64,000 nucleotides of DNA. It comes from Longimicrobiales bacterium (GTDB taxonomy: Bacteria > Gemmatimonadota > Gemmatimonadetes > Longimicrobiales > Gaopeijiaceae). Position 1 is the first letter of the stretch. Each line of letters opens with the position of its first letter. The DNA lies in NCBI GenBank assembly GCA_041690395.1, contig JAWLHJ010000005.1, positions 82,364-146,363 of the forward strand, written 5' to 3'. The notes below the pieces were generated by a model. The model ran no database searches. It was not told where the DNA came from and saw nothing but the letters and a program-made list of their open reading frames with translations. Made by a program: the position numbers and the translations under genes. Of the stretch, positions 32,888 through 42,698 are shown in pieces.

Positions 32888-34393
32888 ATGACTACCGCAC
32901 TCACACAGGTCGTCGATCGAATCGGTGGTGGCCCTCGCTTGGGGCTGATCTTCTTCGGTGTCGCGGCGGTCGCCGTCATCTGGGGTTTCGCTCAGTGGGG
33001 CATGGAGCCCCGCTACGTCCCGATCGCCACGGGACTCTCCGTCGAGCGTATCGGAGACGCGACCCAACGCCTCACGGAAGCGGGGATCGAGTACAGGCTC
33101 GAGCGTGCAGGCGCCATGCTCACCGTCCCCGACCGCGACGCGGCACGTGCTCGTGTGGCGCTCGCTTCGGAAGGGCTGATGGGCGCCGTCGACACACCCG
33201 GGTTCGAGCTCTTCGACCAGCCGTCGTGGGGGATGACGGACTTCACGCAGCGCGTCAACTACAGACGGGCGCTCGAGGGTGAGTTGGAGCGCACGATGAG
33301 CCGGATGAGGGGTGTCGAGCGGGCCCGCGTGCACCTCGCGCTTCGCGAGCGGTCCTTCCTGCGGGCGTCGGAACAGGCTGCGGAGGCGTCCGTCGTGCTG
33401 AGCCTGACCGACGCCTCGTCGGTCCCGGAGTCCGTCGTACGAGGTGTGCGCTCGCTGGTGGCGAGCTCCGTCGAGAACCTGACGCCCGAGAACGTGACGG
33501 TTCTCGACGATCGTGGGCGGCTTCTTTCCGAAGACGATCCGGATAGCGGCGTGGGTCTCACCCACGCGCAGCTCAAAGTGCAGTCCCAGATCGAGCAGTA
33601 CCTGGAGACCAAGGCCCAGGCCGTCGTCGCTCAGATCGTCGGAGCCGGCGGCTCGACCATCCGGGTCGCTGCGGACCTGAACTTCGACGAGATCGCGAGG
33701 ACCGTTCAGGCCGTCGATCCGAATCAGTCGGCCCTCGTGTCCGAAGATCGCGCGGAGATCACGCCTGGAGACGAAGCGCAGGGCGCGGGATCCCTCCAGA
33801 CATCCTCGGCCTTCGAAACGACCCGTTCGGTGGAGACGGTCTCCCGGGGCGGCGCGAGAGTCGAGCGACTGACCGTTGCCGTGGTCGTGGCGGATCGCCG
33901 CGCGGAGTCCGCGGACGGCGTGGTGGCCTTCGAGCCCCGCACCGCGGCCGAGCTGCGCCAGATCGAGCTCCTGGTGGGCAACGCGGTGGGGTTCTCGGCC
34001 CCGCGCGGTGACCAGATCTCCGTCATGTCGGCGCCTGTGGAACAGGCCCAGCCGGAAGTCTTCACCGACGCGGAGCGTGAGGTCGACTACGCGGGCATCG
34101 TGATGGCCGCCCAACGCCCGTTCATTGCGTTCGTCGCCCTCACGGTCGCCTTCCTCATCGCCCTCAGGGTTCTGAAGACCTTGAGGTTGGCTCCCGCGTC
34201 ACCGAACCCGGGATCCGGCACAGGAGGCTTGAAGCTGGAGGCATCGGGCGACCGCACCGACGGGCGCTCCCTTCCCCAGGGTGCGCCTGGTCGGGAGGCG
34301 GTGGAGACCGCCCCGCCACCCAGGGCGGAGCTCAAGCTCCAGGACCCGGAGATGACCGCGAAGGTGCTCCGTAGCTGGATGAGGGACAGCTGA
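32888..34393 (+). CDS. fliF: flagellar MS-ring protein FliF
   Basis: N-terminal TM, YRRALEGELERTM, VHLALRE..., second TM near C-terminus, FliG-binding tail. Confidence 0.92.
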   Translation: MTTALTQVVDRIGGGPRLGLIFFGVAAVAVIWGFAQWGMEPRYVPIATGLSVERIGDATQRLTEAGIEYRLERAGAMLTVPDRDAARARVALASEGLMGAVDTPGFELFDQPSWGMTDFTQRVNYRRALEGELERTMSRMRGVERARVHLALRERSFLRASEQAAEASVVLSLTDASSVPESVVRGVRSLVASSVENLTPENVTVLDDRGRLLSEDDPDSGVGLTHAQLKVQSQIEQYLETKAQAVVAQIVGAGGSTIRVAADLNFDEIARTVQAVDPNQSALVSEDRAEITPGDEAQGAGSLQTSSAFETTRSVETVSRGGARVERLTVAVVVADRRAESADGVVAFEPRTAAELRQIELLVGNAVGFSAPRGDQISVMSAPVEQAQPEVFTDAEREVDYAGIVMAAQRPFIAFVALTVAFLIALRVLKTLRLAPASPNPGSGTGGLKLEASGDRTDGRSLPQGAPGREAVETAPPPRAELKLQDPEMTAKVLRSWMRDS

Positions 34394-34394
34394 C

Positions 34395-35426
34395 ATGGGC
34401 AACGCCGTGACCAGGGTCCCGAAGCCGGAGGATCTGACGGGGCGTCAGAAGGTCGCCGTCCTGTTGATGGCCGTGGGAGAAGAGGCTTCCGCGGCCATCA
34501 CGAAGAACATGTCCGCCGACGAGGTGGAGGCCATCTCCCTGGAGATCGCCAAGATGGATCGGGTCTCGCCCCAACTCGTGGAGCAAGTGCTCGATGAGTG
34601 GCAGCACACCGAGCAGGCGGCTTTCAGCCTGGCGTCCGGAGGGGTCGACTACGCGCGGCGCGTCCTCGAGAAGGCCTTCGGCAGCGTGAAGGCGTCGGCG
34701 GTCCTCAAGCGGATCGAGGCCCAGCTGTTGGACCATGTGTCCCTCACGCATCTGAGGAAGGCCGACGTCGCCCAGCTGTCGGCCTTCATTCGCAACGAGT
34801 ATCCGCAGACCATCGCGCTCATCCTCGCCTTCCTCGATCCAGGCCAGACCGCCGCCATCCTGCGTGACACCGACCCGGGCGTAGGCAGTGATATCCTCTT
34901 GCGCATCGCGAGAATGCAGAAGGTCATGCCGGACGTCCTGAAGCTCCTCGAGGAGGCCATCGGTACCGACGCCGAACTCTCCAGCTCGGGCAACGGCTCG
35001 GCGGCCGGCGGACCCGGCGCGGTCGCCGAGGTGCTCAACCTGCTGTCGGCCGGCGCTGAGAAGGACCTGTTGGAGGGTGTGGCCGCGGTGGATGCCGAGC
35101 TCTCGGAGCAGATCAAGAACCTCATGTTCGTCTTCGAGGACATCGTCAAGCTCGACGAGAAGTCGGTGACCCGGCTCCTACGCGACGTGGACACCCGTGA
35201 ACTCGCGACGGCGCTCAAGCTGGCGAGCGATGAGCTGAAGGAGCACCTGATGGCATCCATGTCCTCACGCGCGCGGGACGCCCTCGAGGAAGAGATCGAG
35301 TTCCTCGGCCCGCTCCGCGTGAGTGACATCGAGGCGGCCCAGGCCAATATCGTGAAGCTGACGCGGGCGCTCGAGGATGCCGGTGAGATCGTGGTGGGAG
35401 GTGGGGATGACGTCGTCGTCGACTGA
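34395..35426 (+). CDS. fliG: flagellar motor switch protein FliG
   Basis: LTGRQKVAVLLMAVGEE, IRNEYPQTIALIL (EHPQ-type motif), MFVFEDI, torque helix region. Confidence 0.95.
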   Translation: MGNAVTRVPKPEDLTGRQKVAVLLMAVGEEASAAITKNMSADEVEAISLEIAKMDRVSPQLVEQVLDEWQHTEQAAFSLASGGVDYARRVLEKAFGSVKASAVLKRIEAQLLDHVSLTHLRKADVAQLSAFIRNEYPQTIALILAFLDPGQTAAILRDTDPGVGSDILLRIARMQKVMPDVLKLLEEAIGTDAELSSSGNGSAAGGPGAVAEVLNLLSAGAEKDLLEGVAAVDAELSEQIKNLMFVFEDIVKLDEKSVTRLLRDVDTRELATALKLASDELKEHLMASMSSRARDALEEEIEFLGPLRVSDIEAAQANIVKLTRALEDAGEIVVGGGDDVVVD

Positions 35427-36045
35427 CACGTCCGCCCCCTCCGCCTCGCGGCTCGCGCCGCGCGCCTGGCCCTGGGCCGAGCTGGAGCCCGGTGGGCAGG
35501 TGGGCATGGTGGACTCCTCTCGCGAAGAGGCGGTGGAGGAGCGCCATCGAGAGGAGCTCGAGGAGGCCTACCGCCGCGGCGTCGAAGACGGACGGACATC
35601 CGCGCGTGCTCAAGCAAGAAAGGAGCTGGCGTCGGCCATGGGCGTCGCCTTGAAGGCCATGGGCGAGATCAAGTCGGGTCGTGCCATGTGGATGTCGACC
35701 GTGAAGGAGAATCTCGTGACCCTCGCAGCCGGCATCGCCCGGCAGATCGTGGACCGGGAGCTGAGTCTCGATCCGACCATCTTCGTCGATACCGCCAAGA
35801 AGGCGATCTCCGCCTTTCCATTGGACGAGCCGCTTCGTGTCCGTGTCCACCCGGAGGATCTCGCGATGCTGGAAGAGGCCGAGGCCCTGTCACCGGACGA
35901 CCTCAAGGGAGACCGCGCTGTGAGGTGGGTGCTCGACGAGGCCATGGTGCGCGGCGGGTGCGTGGTGGAAGGTCCGGATCGCATCGTCGATGGCCGAGTG
36001 GACGAAGCTTTGGTTCGCGTCGTCAGGACGCTGACCCATGGTTGA
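35407..36045 (+). CDS. fliH: flagellar export ATPase regulator FliH
   Basis: ATG 35407 after GGAGG; coiled-coil N-half and C-terminal RWVLDEAMVRGGCVVEGPDRIVDGRVDEAL. Confidence 0.8.
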   Translation: MTSSSTDTSAPSASRLAPRAWPWAELEPGGQVGMVDSSREEAVEERHREELEEAYRRGVEDGRTSARAQARKELASAMGVALKAMGEIKSGRAMWMSTVKENLVTLAAGIARQIVDRELSLDPTIFVDTAKKAISAFPLDEPLRVRVHPEDLAMLEEAEALSPDDLKGDRAVRWVLDEAMVRGGCVVEGPDRIVDGRVDEALVRVVRTLTHG

Positions 36046-37369
36046 CGGGCTGGTGGCGAAGGTCGAGGCGGTTTCGCGGTTCGCCCAGTACGGGCGAGCC
36101 ACGCGTGTGGTCGGGCTGGTGGTCGAGGCCGTAGGGGTCGATGTGGCCATGGGCGAGCTGTGCCGCGTGCGAAGCCTCACCCACGACGCGACCGTGCTCG
36201 CGGAAGTGGTGGGGTTTCACGCCGGTGGGGTGTTGCTCATGCCGCTCGGAGACGTCGACGGCATTCATCCCGGAAGCGCCGTCGAGCCCATGGGGAGATC
36301 CTTCGGCCTGCGGGTGGGGCCGGGTTTGTTGGGTCGTACGCTGGATGGACTCGGGAACCCCATGGATGGTCTCGGGGACGTGGGGCCGACCGTCCCCGCT
36401 CCGCTCCTCGCGGATCCGCCGAATCCTCTCACGCGTCGCGCGATCGACGAGCCCATGGCCACCGGCGTGCGGGCCATTGACGGACTCCTCACGGTGGGCC
36501 GTGGCCAGCGCATTGGGATCTTCGCGGGCAGCGGTGTCGGGAAGAGCACCCTGCTCGGCATGATCGCCCGGCATGCGCAGGCCGACGTCAACGTGATCGC
36601 GTTGCTCGGGGAGCGAGGACGTGAGGTCCAGGAGTTCATCCGAAGCTCGCTCGGGCCCGAGGGTCTGTCCCGGTCCGTGCTGGTGGTCGCCACCGGTGAT
36701 CAGTCGGCTCTCGTCAGGGCGCGGGGCGCCCTCGTGGCGACCTCCATCGCCGAGTACTTCCGGGACCAGGGCAAGCAGGTCCTCCTCATGGTCGACTCCG
36801 TCACCCGGGTGGCGATGGCCTGGCGTGAGATCGGGTTGGCCGTCGGCGAGCCGCCGACCACCCGTGGGTATCCCCCGTCGGTGTTCGCCCAGCTGCCGCG
36901 CCTCCTGGAGCGGGCGGGGAACGCCGAGGTGGGGGGGATTACCGGTGTCTATACCGTCCTCGTCGAAGGGGACGACTTCAACGAGCCCGTCGCCGATCAT
37001 GTCAGGTCGGTCCTGGACGGGCACATCGTGTTGAGCCGGCGTCTGGCCGGCGCCGGGCACTTTCCGGCCATCGAGGTCACGGAAAGCGCCAGCCGAACCA
37101 GGAATCAGGTCGTGGCTCCCGAGCATTGGAACGCGGCCAACCAGCTCACGTCGCTCGTGGCGGCATACAGGGAGAAGGAGGACTTGATATCCGTGGGCGC
37201 GTACCAAGAAGGAACTGACCCGAGGCTCGATGCGGCCGTGCGGCTGCGGGACGAAACCACGGACTTCCTGTGCCAAGCGCCGGACGAGGTCGCGGACTTC
37301 GGAGAGACACATGAGCGCCTGCTCGGCCTGGTGGGCCGCGTGGAAGCCACGGGACGGACGGGGCGATGA
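36038..37369 (+). CDS. fliI: flagellum-specific ATPase FliI
   Basis: Walker A GIFAGSGVGKSTLL, Walker B VLLMVDSVTR, F1/V1-like fold motifs. Confidence 0.95.
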   Translation: MVDGLVAKVEAVSRFAQYGRATRVVGLVVEAVGVDVAMGELCRVRSLTHDATVLAEVVGFHAGGVLLMPLGDVDGIHPGSAVEPMGRSFGLRVGPGLLGRTLDGLGNPMDGLGDVGPTVPAPLLADPPNPLTRRAIDEPMATGVRAIDGLLTVGRGQRIGIFAGSGVGKSTLLGMIARHAQADVNVIALLGERGREVQEFIRSSLGPEGLSRSVLVVATGDQSALVRARGALVATSIAEYFRDQGKQVLLMVDSVTRVAMAWREIGLAVGEPPTTRGYPPSVFAQLPRLLERAGNAEVGGITGVYTVLVEGDDFNEPVADHVRSVLDGHIVLSRRLAGAGHFPAIEVTESASRTRNQVVAPEHWNAANQLTSLVAAYREKEDLISVGAYQEGTDPRLDAAVRLRDETTDFLCQAPDEVADFGETHERLLGLVGRVEATGRTGR

Positions 37370-37839
37370 GTGACCGATTCAAGTTCCGGCTCCAGAGCGT
37401 GCTCGAGCTCAAGGAGCAGGGCGAGAAGGACTCGGCGGTGGGGTTGGCCAGGGCGCGGCGCGATGCCGAGTCCGCGACTCGGGCCAAGGAGATGCTCGAG
37501 ACGGCTCGAGAGTCCGGGCGCACGGACCTGGCGCGTGCGCATGGCGCGGGCGGGTCGGTCGGGCACATGCGCAACCTGTCCTACGTCCTGGAGCGGGTGG
37601 ACGATCAGATCCGGGCCGCCGACGAGGTCTGCAAGGAGGCGGACGAGGCCGTGGTCGAGAGGCTCGAGCATTACCGTGCGGCTCTGCGTGACCGGAAGAC
37701 CATCGAAGGGCTGCGGGAGCGGAAGCTCCACCAGTGGCGGAGCGAGGAAGTACGGTCCGAACAAAAAGCGATGGACGACATCGCCATCACGCGGCACGGG
37801 CGTTCCGGATCGGCCGCGAGGTTGGGGGCCGGCGAATGA
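37366..37839 (+). CDS. fliJ: flagellar export chaperone-escort FliJ
   Basis: ATGA overlap with fliI; FKFRLQSVLELKEQ... coiled coil of expected size and position. Confidence 0.8.
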   Translation: MSDRFKFRLQSVLELKEQGEKDSAVGLARARRDAESATRAKEMLETARESGRTDLARAHGAGGSVGHMRNLSYVLERVDDQIRAADEVCKEADEAVVERLEHYRAALRDRKTIEGLRERKLHQWRSEEVRSEQKAMDDIAITRHGRSGSAARLGAGE

Positions 37840-38561
37840 GACTCGCCATGATCGGACTCGTATCCCTCATCGTCGGCGTGCTGGGCGGTGCCCTGTTCAG
37901 TGGGAACCGCATGAAGAACGCCATCCTGGAGGAGCGGGCTCAGGTCGCCGCTGACTCCCCCGAGTCTCTCGGCGGGTCGGACGTGGCGAGCGCCGCCCAG
38001 GAGAGAGCCGGAGCCGGGTCTCCGAGGGTGGCGCCTTCGACCGACCGCACGAATCCGGAAGACCGACCGGGCGTCCCGGATCGCGGAGCGGGAGAGGCGT
38101 CGACTCCCGGGGCCAGATCCTCGGTGACGACCGCCGCTCTCGACCCTCCGAGCGGAGAGCGGTCCGGACCTGAGCGCGCGTCGACCGGGACGGGCGCTTC
38201 GACCCCCGAGGTCGGCGGCAACGCGGTCTCCGTCGGGGTGGACGAGGCGGCGACGGGCGCCGCCGGCCCCACGTCGTCGGGTGGTCCCGAAGTCGCGCCC
38301 ACCGGCACGGAGGTGGCGGCGCCCGCAGGGGTAGTCGCTGACTCCGCAGCGATCCAGGGCGCCATGCAGCTGGCCCGGATGTTCAGCTCCATGAAGGCCG
38401 TCGACGCGGCCGCCGTGCTCCAGGAGCTCACCGACGCCGAGGTCGATGCGATCCTCCGCCACATGCAGTCACGGCTGGCTGGCCAGATTCTCGGAGAGTT
38501 CGAGCCGGCACGTGCGGCGCTGTTGAGCCGCACGGTGTTGGGAGGCACACCCACGCCATGA
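37836..38561 (+). CDS. MgtE_N-like flagellar protein (YlxF/FlbB position)
   Basis: ATGA overlap; N-terminal TM, long Pro/Gly/Ser-rich linker, C-terminal LARMFSSMKAVDAAAVLQELTDAEVDAILRHMQSRLAGQILGEF. Confidence 0.7.
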   Translation: MRLAMIGLVSLIVGVLGGALFSGNRMKNAILEERAQVAADSPESLGGSDVASAAQERAGAGSPRVAPSTDRTNPEDRPGVPDRGAGEASTPGARSSVTTAALDPPSGERSGPERASTGTGASTPEVGGNAVSVGVDEAATGAAGPTSSGGPEVAPTGTEVAAPAGVVADSAAIQGAMQLARMFSSMKAVDAAAVLQELTDAEVDAILRHMQSRLAGQILGEFEPARAALLSRTVLGGTPTP

Positions 38562-40729
38562 TCTCCCCCAGTCCGAACGCCGGTGGATTCGGGTTGTCAG
38601 GCCCCGGGACCGGCGTGACATCGCGCGGGACCGGTGCGGGCTTCGTCGCCGAGGCTGGCTTCGAGTCCGGAACCGTACACGAGCGCGAGACCGTGCCGTC
38701 CGGAAGCCCGGCGGGTCCGGACTTCGCCGTGGCCTTCCTGGCCGCCCTCGGTCTCGGAGATCCTGCGGAGCCGGAGGTCGGGACGCCCGGAGAGCTCGAA
38801 GAAGGAGCGCGTCCGGCCCTGGAAGATCCGGTGGCCGGCGGCTACGGGGACGTCGACGTGAGGGTTCGCGTGCGAAAGGCGCTCCTGGCACCCGGGTCCT
38901 CCGCGGTGTCCGGCGAGCCCATCAGGGGCCCGGGATCGCCTGACATCATGGCGAGCCGGGAAGCGCTTCCGAGCGACTCGTCCGTAATCGCGTCGCCGGC
39001 TGACACGGCGGGCGGTCGGCCTGCGACCGGCCCCGCCATGGGGAGAGAAGGAGCAGCGGCAGACGTCGTGCGCTCTCTACCCCCGGAGCCGGGTGGGGCG
39101 GTCGAGCGTGCGTCCGAGGCGAACCCCGTCCCGGTGCATACGATGCGCCCCGACGGCGCATCGACCGACGATCGGGCGTCCGCGACACCGGAAGGCGGGT
39201 CCCCGCACCTGGCTGGTCCCGATGCGGCGTCACAGACCGACTCTGCGGACGCCTCGACGGCGGACGATGGGGATGCGGTGTTGCCCTCTCCCGGACTATC
39301 CCAGGGCGACGCCTCGGAGGCTCCGTCGAGCATGTCCAGCGGGGCGGCTCCGGCCGCGGGAGAAGCGAGCCGGTCCTGGGAGCGATTGGATCCGGTGCTG
39401 AAGGGAAAGCTCGAGCGAGTGATCGACCGTATGCGCTCCGAGCACGGTCATGAGGTGCAGCTGATCGAGGGTTACAGGACCGGCGAGCGCCAGGCTGAGT
39501 TGTTCGCTCAGGGGAGAAGCGCTCCCGGGCCGATCGTGACCTGGACTCGCTCGTCCCGGCATATGGAAGGTCGCGCCGCGGACCTCATGGTGGATGGCAG
39601 CTTCGAGCTCGGGACGGGCTACCAGCGACTTCAGGAGGTGGCCCGTCAGGAGGGCCTCCGCACGCTGGGGCCGCGAGATCCGGGGCATGTCGAGCTGCCC
39701 GAAGGGTTGGACGCACCTTCTGCCCGGCGATTCAGGACCGACGCGACCTCGGTCGATGCGGTCCCCGGGGCTTCCGTCGAGCGCCAGACGCAGCGTAGGG
39801 CGGCGCGTCCCGAGGGAGCGGTCACGACGGTGCCTCGGACGATGGACAACGCCATGTGGACGTCGAGTCCGGTTGAGCCCGCGGAGGTGGCACGGGTGGC
39901 GGAAGTCGCGCGAGTCGCGGAGATCTCTCCTGTGGCGAAGGTCGCCCGCGTGGCCGATGTCGCTGGATCGGTGTCCCTCTCCGGCGAGGCAGGTCGCCCG
40001 CCGGTCTCCAGCGCTGGAACCGAGGTGTCGGCCACGGCTCCCATGCGTGCCGAGAATCTCGCCAGCGAGCTCCGGGACCCCGCCGTGGATCCCGGATCGT
40101 CGCGCCGGCAAGCATCGCGCCCGATCGATCCGCCACCCGATCCCGACCTCGGGCGAGACGCCGGGCATGGGGTCGCCGACGGGATCCGGACGCCGGACCT
40201 CGGGGGTTCGGGAGGGCGCCGTGGTGCCGTGGCTTCCGTAGCACCTGTCGACGTGCTCGGCCGGGTCGAGCAGGCTCTCGACATGCGCGAGCTCGGCCGC
40301 GCCACCCGCCCGGGATTCGTGTCCCTGCGGATCGGTGATGGCTTCGGCGGCGGAGACCAGGTGCGGGTCGGGCTCGCCGATCACCGGGTCGATGTGGATC
40401 TCGATCTGACGGACCGTCGCGGGTCGGAGGCCATCCGGGGCCGTGTGGCCGAACTCTCCAGATCACTGGGAGAGCGGGGCTTGAGCCTGGGTGCCCTACG
40501 GGTCTCCTCGCCGGACCCGTCCAGCGGGTGGGCCCAGGGTCTTCGATCGTCGGCCGATGGCGTGGCGGAGTTGATGAACACCTGGCTGTCCCAGCCGAGC
40601 CAGGACCGGGGCCGCGACCCCAACGGAGGCGCACGCTCACACGATGGCCGGACGCCCCAGGACGAGAGCGGCTCGAGCCGCTCACACTCGAACTCGGACA
40701 AGGAAGGGCGGCATGCCCACAAGCATTGA
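38558..40729 (+). CDS. fliK: hook-length control protein FliK-like with an internal peptidase M15 domain
   Basis: fliK synteny; C-terminal Flg_hook-like GFVSLRIGDG...VRVGLADHRVDVDLDL...GLSLGALRVSS; aa ~275-382 EGYRTGERQAELFAQGR...SSRHMEGRAADL...DPGHVEL = SxHxxGxAxD + His zinc motif of M15 peptidases. Confidence 0.75.
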   Translation: MISPSPNAGGFGLSGPGTGVTSRGTGAGFVAEAGFESGTVHERETVPSGSPAGPDFAVAFLAALGLGDPAEPEVGTPGELEEGARPALEDPVAGGYGDVDVRVRVRKALLAPGSSAVSGEPIRGPGSPDIMASREALPSDSSVIASPADTAGGRPATGPAMGREGAAADVVRSLPPEPGGAVERASEANPVPVHTMRPDGASTDDRASATPEGGSPHLAGPDAASQTDSADASTADDGDAVLPSPGLSQGDASEAPSSMSSGAAPAAGEASRSWERLDPVLKGKLERVIDRMRSEHGHEVQLIEGYRTGERQAELFAQGRSAPGPIVTWTRSSRHMEGRAADLMVDGSFELGTGYQRLQEVARQEGLRTLGPRDPGHVELPEGLDAPSARRFRTDATSVDAVPGASVERQTQRRAARPEGAVTTVPRTMDNAMWTSSPVEPAEVARVAEVARVAEISPVAKVARVADVAGSVSLSGEAGRPPVSSAGTEVSATAPMRAENLASELRDPAVDPGSSRRQASRPIDPPPDPDLGRDAGHGVADGIRTPDLGGSGGRRGAVASVAPVDVLGRVEQALDMRELGRATRPGFVSLRIGDGFGGGDQVRVGLADHRVDVDLDLTDRRGSEAIRGRVAELSRSLGERGLSLGALRVSSPDPSSGWAQGLRSSADGVAELMNTWLSQPSQDRGRDPNGGARSHDGRTPQDESGSSRSHSNSDKEGRHAHKH
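39878..39964 (+). repeat. 18-nt (hexapeptide) tandem repeat inside fliK
   Basis: AEVARV AEVARV AEISPV AKVARV ADVAGS: five consecutive in-frame units. Confidence 0.8.
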
Positions 40730-41393
40730 AGCATCGCAGCCCCCCGTCCTCCTGCCGTCTCGCATGACGGTGGGGGGAGCGCAGGGGAACCCCACGCTCG
40801 GGAAGCAGGAGTTCCTGCAACTCCTGGTAGCCCAGCTGAAGCATCAGGACCCCATGAATCCCAGCAACCCCGAGGACATGGCGGCTCAGCTCGCTCAGTT
40901 CTCGTCGGTCGAACAGCTCATCGGCATCAATGAGCAGCTGGGTACGCAGGCCTCCTCCGCGGAGGTCATGGCGTCGTCGCTGAACAACAGCACCGCGGTC
41001 GGCGTCATCGGAAAGAACGTGCTCACCCCCGGGGACCAGGTCGCCATCGACGACCCTGACGGCGGAGCAGTGACCGTCGTGGTCGGGGAGGGAGGAGGTC
41101 GCGGCGTCCTGACGCTCTTCGATGAGGGGGGAAACCGGGTCGGTGCCCGTGATCTCGGCACCCTGGACGGTGGTCGGCAGGACATCGACCTCGGGAGTGC
41201 CGCCGACGGGCTCCCGCCAGGGGACTACCGATACGAGGTCAGCGTCCAGGACGCTGACCAGTCTTCGGTCGAAGTCCGCACGCTCATGCGCGCCCACATC
41301 GACGGCGTGCGCTACGGCTCGAACGGCCCGCAGCTGCTTTCCGGGGATCTGGAGATCCCGATGGCCGACGTGATCGAAATCATCCAGCAGTAA
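40713..41393 (+). CDS. flgD: flagellar hook capping protein FlgD
   Basis: ATG 40713 after AGGAAG; LGKQEFLQLLVAQLKHQDPMNP...AQLAQFSSVEQL. Confidence 0.92.
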   Translation: MPTSIEASQPPVLLPSRMTVGGAQGNPTLGKQEFLQLLVAQLKHQDPMNPSNPEDMAAQLAQFSSVEQLIGINEQLGTQASSAEVMASSLNNSTAVGVIGKNVLTPGDQVAIDDPDGGAVTVVVGEGGGRGVLTLFDEGGNRVGARDLGTLDGGRQDIDLGSAADGLPPGDYRYEVSVQDADQSSVEVRTLMRAHIDGVRYGSNGPQLLSGDLEIPMADVIEIIQQ

Positions 41394-41421
41394 GACTCTT
41401 CACAACAGGAGAAGCCACACC

Positions 41422-42669
41422 ATGATGCGCTCACTCTTCGCCGGTGTGTCCGGCTTGCGGAATCATCAGATCCGCATGGATGTCATCGGGAACAACATCG
41501 CCAACGTGAACACCACGGGGTACAAAGCCAGTCGCGTGACCTTCGAGGAGGCCTTCGCCCAGCAGCTGCAGGGAGCGAGTCGGCCTCCGGGCGACTCCGG
41601 AAACGTCTCGGGTGGCGTGAATCCGGTGCAGGTCGGGTTGGGCATGAACATCGGCTCCATCGACCTGCTGTTCACGCAGGGGAACCTCGAGACGACGGGT
41701 GTCACCACGGATCTGGCGATTCAGGGGGATTCCTTCTTCGTCGCTTCCGATGGCTCTCAGAACTTCTTCACCCGCTCCGGGAATTTCCAGCTGGATGCGA
41801 ACGGGCGCATGGTGGCTTCCACGAACGGCTTCATCGTGCAGGGAAAGATCGCGGAAGGCGGCGTGCTGACCGACACGATTCAGGATATCCGGCTTCCGTT
41901 CGGGCAGAAGTCGGCCGCTCGGGCGACGGAGACGGTCTCCTTCGCCGGTAACCTCGACGCGGAGGCCGACATCGGCGCCACGCGCGAGACGACGATCACG
42001 GTGTTCGATGCGATGGGCGCTCGTGACGAGATGACCATCAGCTTCACGAAGACCAGCGGCACGACGTGGGACTATTCGGTGGCCTCGGGGGATGGTACGA
42101 CGGTCTCCGGAGACACGGGTACGCTCACCTTCGACAATCAGGGCCGGCTGACCGCGCCCGTGCCGACCGACCCCTTCGTCTTCACGCCGGCGTCGGGCGC
42201 CGAAGACGTGTCCGTGGACCTGCGCTTCGGAACCGCCGGCTCCATTGAAGGGCTCTCCCAGTTCGCCGCGCCGAGCACGGCGGTGGTTCGTGACCAGGAC
42301 GGGTATACGATGGGTGACCTCGAGCGGATTTCCATCGACCAGACCGGTACCGTGACCGGCGCGTTCACGAACGGGGTGACCCTGACGTTGGCGCAGATCG
42401 TGCTCGCCGACTTCAACAACCCGGCGGGCCTCATCCGGAGCGGTGACAACATGTACCAGGTGTCCGCCAACTCCGGATCGCCGGTCCTCGGCTTCTCCGG
42501 TGAGGGCAGCCAGTCCTCCATCACGTCGGGTGCTCTCGAGATGTCGAACGTCGATCTCGCGCAGGAGTTCACGGGCATGATCACCGCCCAGCGAGGCTTC
42601 CAGTCCAACGCGCGAGTGATCACCACCGCGGACGAGATGCTGCAGGAGGTCGTGACGCTGAAGCGATGA
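41422..42669 (+). CDS. flgE: flagellar hook protein FlgE
   Basis: MMRSLFAGVSGLRNHQIRMDVIGNNIANVNTTGYK..., C-terminal GALEMSNVDLAQEFTGMITAQRGFQSNARVITTADEML. Confidence 0.95.
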   Translation: MMRSLFAGVSGLRNHQIRMDVIGNNIANVNTTGYKASRVTFEEAFAQQLQGASRPPGDSGNVSGGVNPVQVGLGMNIGSIDLLFTQGNLETTGVTTDLAIQGDSFFVASDGSQNFFTRSGNFQLDANGRMVASTNGFIVQGKIAEGGVLTDTIQDIRLPFGQKSAARATETVSFAGNLDAEADIGATRETTITVFDAMGARDEMTISFTKTSGTTWDYSVASGDGTTVSGDTGTLTFDNQGRLTAPVPTDPFVFTPASGAEDVSVDLRFGTAGSIEGLSQFAAPSTAVVRDQDGYTMGDLERISIDQTGTVTGAFTNGVTLTLAQIVLADFNNPAGLIRSGDNMYQVSANSGSPVLGFSGEGSQSSITSGALEMSNVDLAQEFTGMITAQRGFQSNARVITTADEMLQEVVTLKR

Positions 42670-42698
42670 TCCGGGCTGACTGACTCGTGATCGACGAG

